A stretch of 36,278 bases of DNA. Origin: Psammoneis japonica (Eukaryota). The first letter of the stretch is position 1. Each line of letters starts with the position of its first letter. Location: positions 1 to 36,278 of the forward strand of contig QPGO01000377.1 of NCBI GenBank assembly GCA_008632985.1. The letters are read 5' to 3'. Shown here one piece after another: positions 34,301 through 36,278 of this stretch. The position numbers were made by a program, and so were the translations under genes. Under the pieces are notes generated by a model. That model did not search any database, had not been told where the DNA came from, and saw nothing but the letters and a program-made list of their open reading frames with translations.

Positions 34301-36278
34301 AGTCCCAATCTACTGCATGAAAAGAACACTTGGGTAGTTCTAGTTCATGTCCACTTGCGTGGAGCAAGTCGCACCAGAGTTGGTTATCGTGCTGCAATTT
34401 GGGAGCTAAATCTTCTGCAGAAGGCTGAGGAGATGCCCTGATGTCATTCACTTGCTTGGACGTGTCGTCTACACATCCTCTTGTGTAGATGTTGAGCTGA
34501 TGACACCTATCTGGTGATTCGAAGAATGCGCCATTAGCCTTGGAGTCAAAGATATCAAACAGAATGCTGCATAAATTGTTCCAGTAAAAAGGGGAGTTGT
34601 CACTGCCTTGACCAGCAATGTAGATGGGGAATTCTGCATTGTGTGAGTGCGATTCCTCAGAGAGACCTAGCAAGGTGAGCAACCAGTAGCTAGGGTTCAT
34701 CGTCGGAGATGCTCAATCAGTAGAGCCCTAGCTTCAGTCAATCCGGACGTGGACTACTCGCTGTCAAGAATAAGATCTGCCATGATGGCATTGCCTTCAT
34801 ACCCCAGGTCTATCGACAAAGGAGGAACGGTCAGAGGAGTGCCGTGAGCCTGTCCAAAATGGTTTTGATTCCGTGCTGTCAGGGCTGCTGTGACATCTTG
34901 TGGAGCATCTGTTGTTTCCCAGTTTTCACATTTCTTGGGATCCTCTAGAGGATGAGCCGGGACCTGTACTTTGCTGACACTGGAACCATCCTTGTCTTCA
35001 AATGCATTGATTTTTCGGAATGCTCGAACCATCTCTTCTGCACATTGTATGTTCCAAAGAATCTTTGCCTCTTCAGTCGCTGCCTTGGCACCCTCTAAAT
35101 CTCCAGTTCTGCGATCCGAGCGTCACGTTCGCGTTCACAGTGATGTAGACTGTCGCGAGCAACTTTTTTACATTCGGACTGGGCACATTGGAGAGCATTC
35201 TGACATTCCTCCACAGCAGTCAGGAGAAGGAACGACTCCTTTAATTTGCATTTTTTGTGAACAATTGATTCCACAAAGGTAGTCCTGTTTTTAAACATGG
35301 AAAGAAGGCAAGACAGAATGAAGACTTTGCCATGCAGGTCTACGAGTTTTTGAGACCACTCTGGTTCATGATAACGCCTGCAGTGTTTTGCTGCTGAGAT
35401 ACAAAATTGTGTTATATCGCAGTCCAACCTTTCTGCAAGGGCATGGTCCGGCTCCTCTGATGCAAGGAGAGCTGCACTTCTATCTAACACATTTTGACCA
35501 TTGAGCATTGGACCGATGGCTTCGAGACAAGTCGTGACATGCTTCGGTGACTTTGCGAGGAGGGTTTGATGGGAGGGGCGAGGGAGCTCTGCGGAAGAAT
35601 TGCCAAACAACAGCTCTGTATCAAAGTCCACACAGCAGGTGCGGTGGTCCAAGGAAATTCTATATCTGGAGGATTCGCACCCACATGTTGTGACAGCGTG
35701 GAGAGCTCCTGAGGTGGCAAGGACATAATCAAGTTGACGGGATCTGTGGAAATAGGCAGCGAACTCAAGGTCCTGTATTTTGTTGTGCATCACGTTGGAA
35801 AGCTTGAATCGCATTGCTGAGCGGGCCAGTGAGTCAGTGTCATTTCGAAAATCAGTGTTAAAGTCACCAAACAAAACAACTTCCTGATTATGATCATCCA
35901 GGAATGTTTTCAATGTCCGGAAGAGATCATGACAAAACGCATGACGTGGCTCCAGTCTTGCTCGACCTTGCTGGTGCAATGAGTTAACTTGCTGGGCGTA
36001 GGCTGTAGTTTTACCTGTGGTGGAGGAATTGTTAGAGCACACATGGCAGCACGAGATAAACATGACTTGTTTCCCTTGTTTGCCATCAAACATTTGTGTG
36101 GACCATCTTCCCAGTGGATCTAGCATCTTGGTGTGGTGGCGAGAAGCAACTGAATTGCATGACATGATTGCAGTGCCACCAGGCTTGTGTGGAGTTGTAA
36201 AGGGGATGGATGATGCCAAGAAGGTGACCCGGCCGTGGTGGAGGGTGTTTTGGATGACAGAGCGGCAAGGTTGTGCAA
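31196..36278 (-). mobile_element. Non-LTR retrotransposon (APE endonuclease + RT + RNase H + C-terminal Cys/His motif; Ambal-like), degenerate, 5' part beyond the window
   Basis: APE: PGGTAI, DPLGRWS, LFGDFN, QLDYVL, LDHR (35095-36219). RT: GQGSDNSP, GCVDDT, LELPKC, KTLG (34056-34700), then GGGGFR. RNase H: GSD.SV..TFGW, S(YR)A.AYG, WCDNKALV, WVKGHQD, NVRADKLA (~32360-32910). CLTC...E..DHVLRCP near 31980-32035. Stop at 31306, then a short 3' UTR. Confidence 0.92.

Overview
Eukaryotic nuclear DNA, most likely a diatom or other stramenopile (inferred from short GT-AG introns and the TE families seen). A small gene island (~1.55-6.5 kb) holds two intact convergent spliced genes: a cis-prenyltransferase (+) and the mitochondrial Rho GTPase Miro (-). 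Each is preceded by a cluster of TACNGTA motifs. The other ~30 kb is nested, decayed transposable-element sequence: two Copia-type gag relics, a Sola2-like transposase relic with chromodomain and PHD finger, a Merlin/ISXO2-like relic, an intron-containing TE accessory gene, an F-box pseudogene, three MITE/foldback elements, and an APE-RT-RNase H (Ambal-like) LINE at the right end. Two observations stand out. (1) A ~1.1 kb non-coding retro-insertion with a perfect 17-bp target-site duplication shares its last ~150 nt with the LINE 3' end; this is a structured RNA module ending in oligo-U rather than poly(A), suggesting a LINE/SINE-like partnership. (2) The repeats have lost both CpG and TpA to TpG/CpA, visible directly between duplicated copies. 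Family calls for degenerate elements come from motif recognition by eye and need HMM confirmation.
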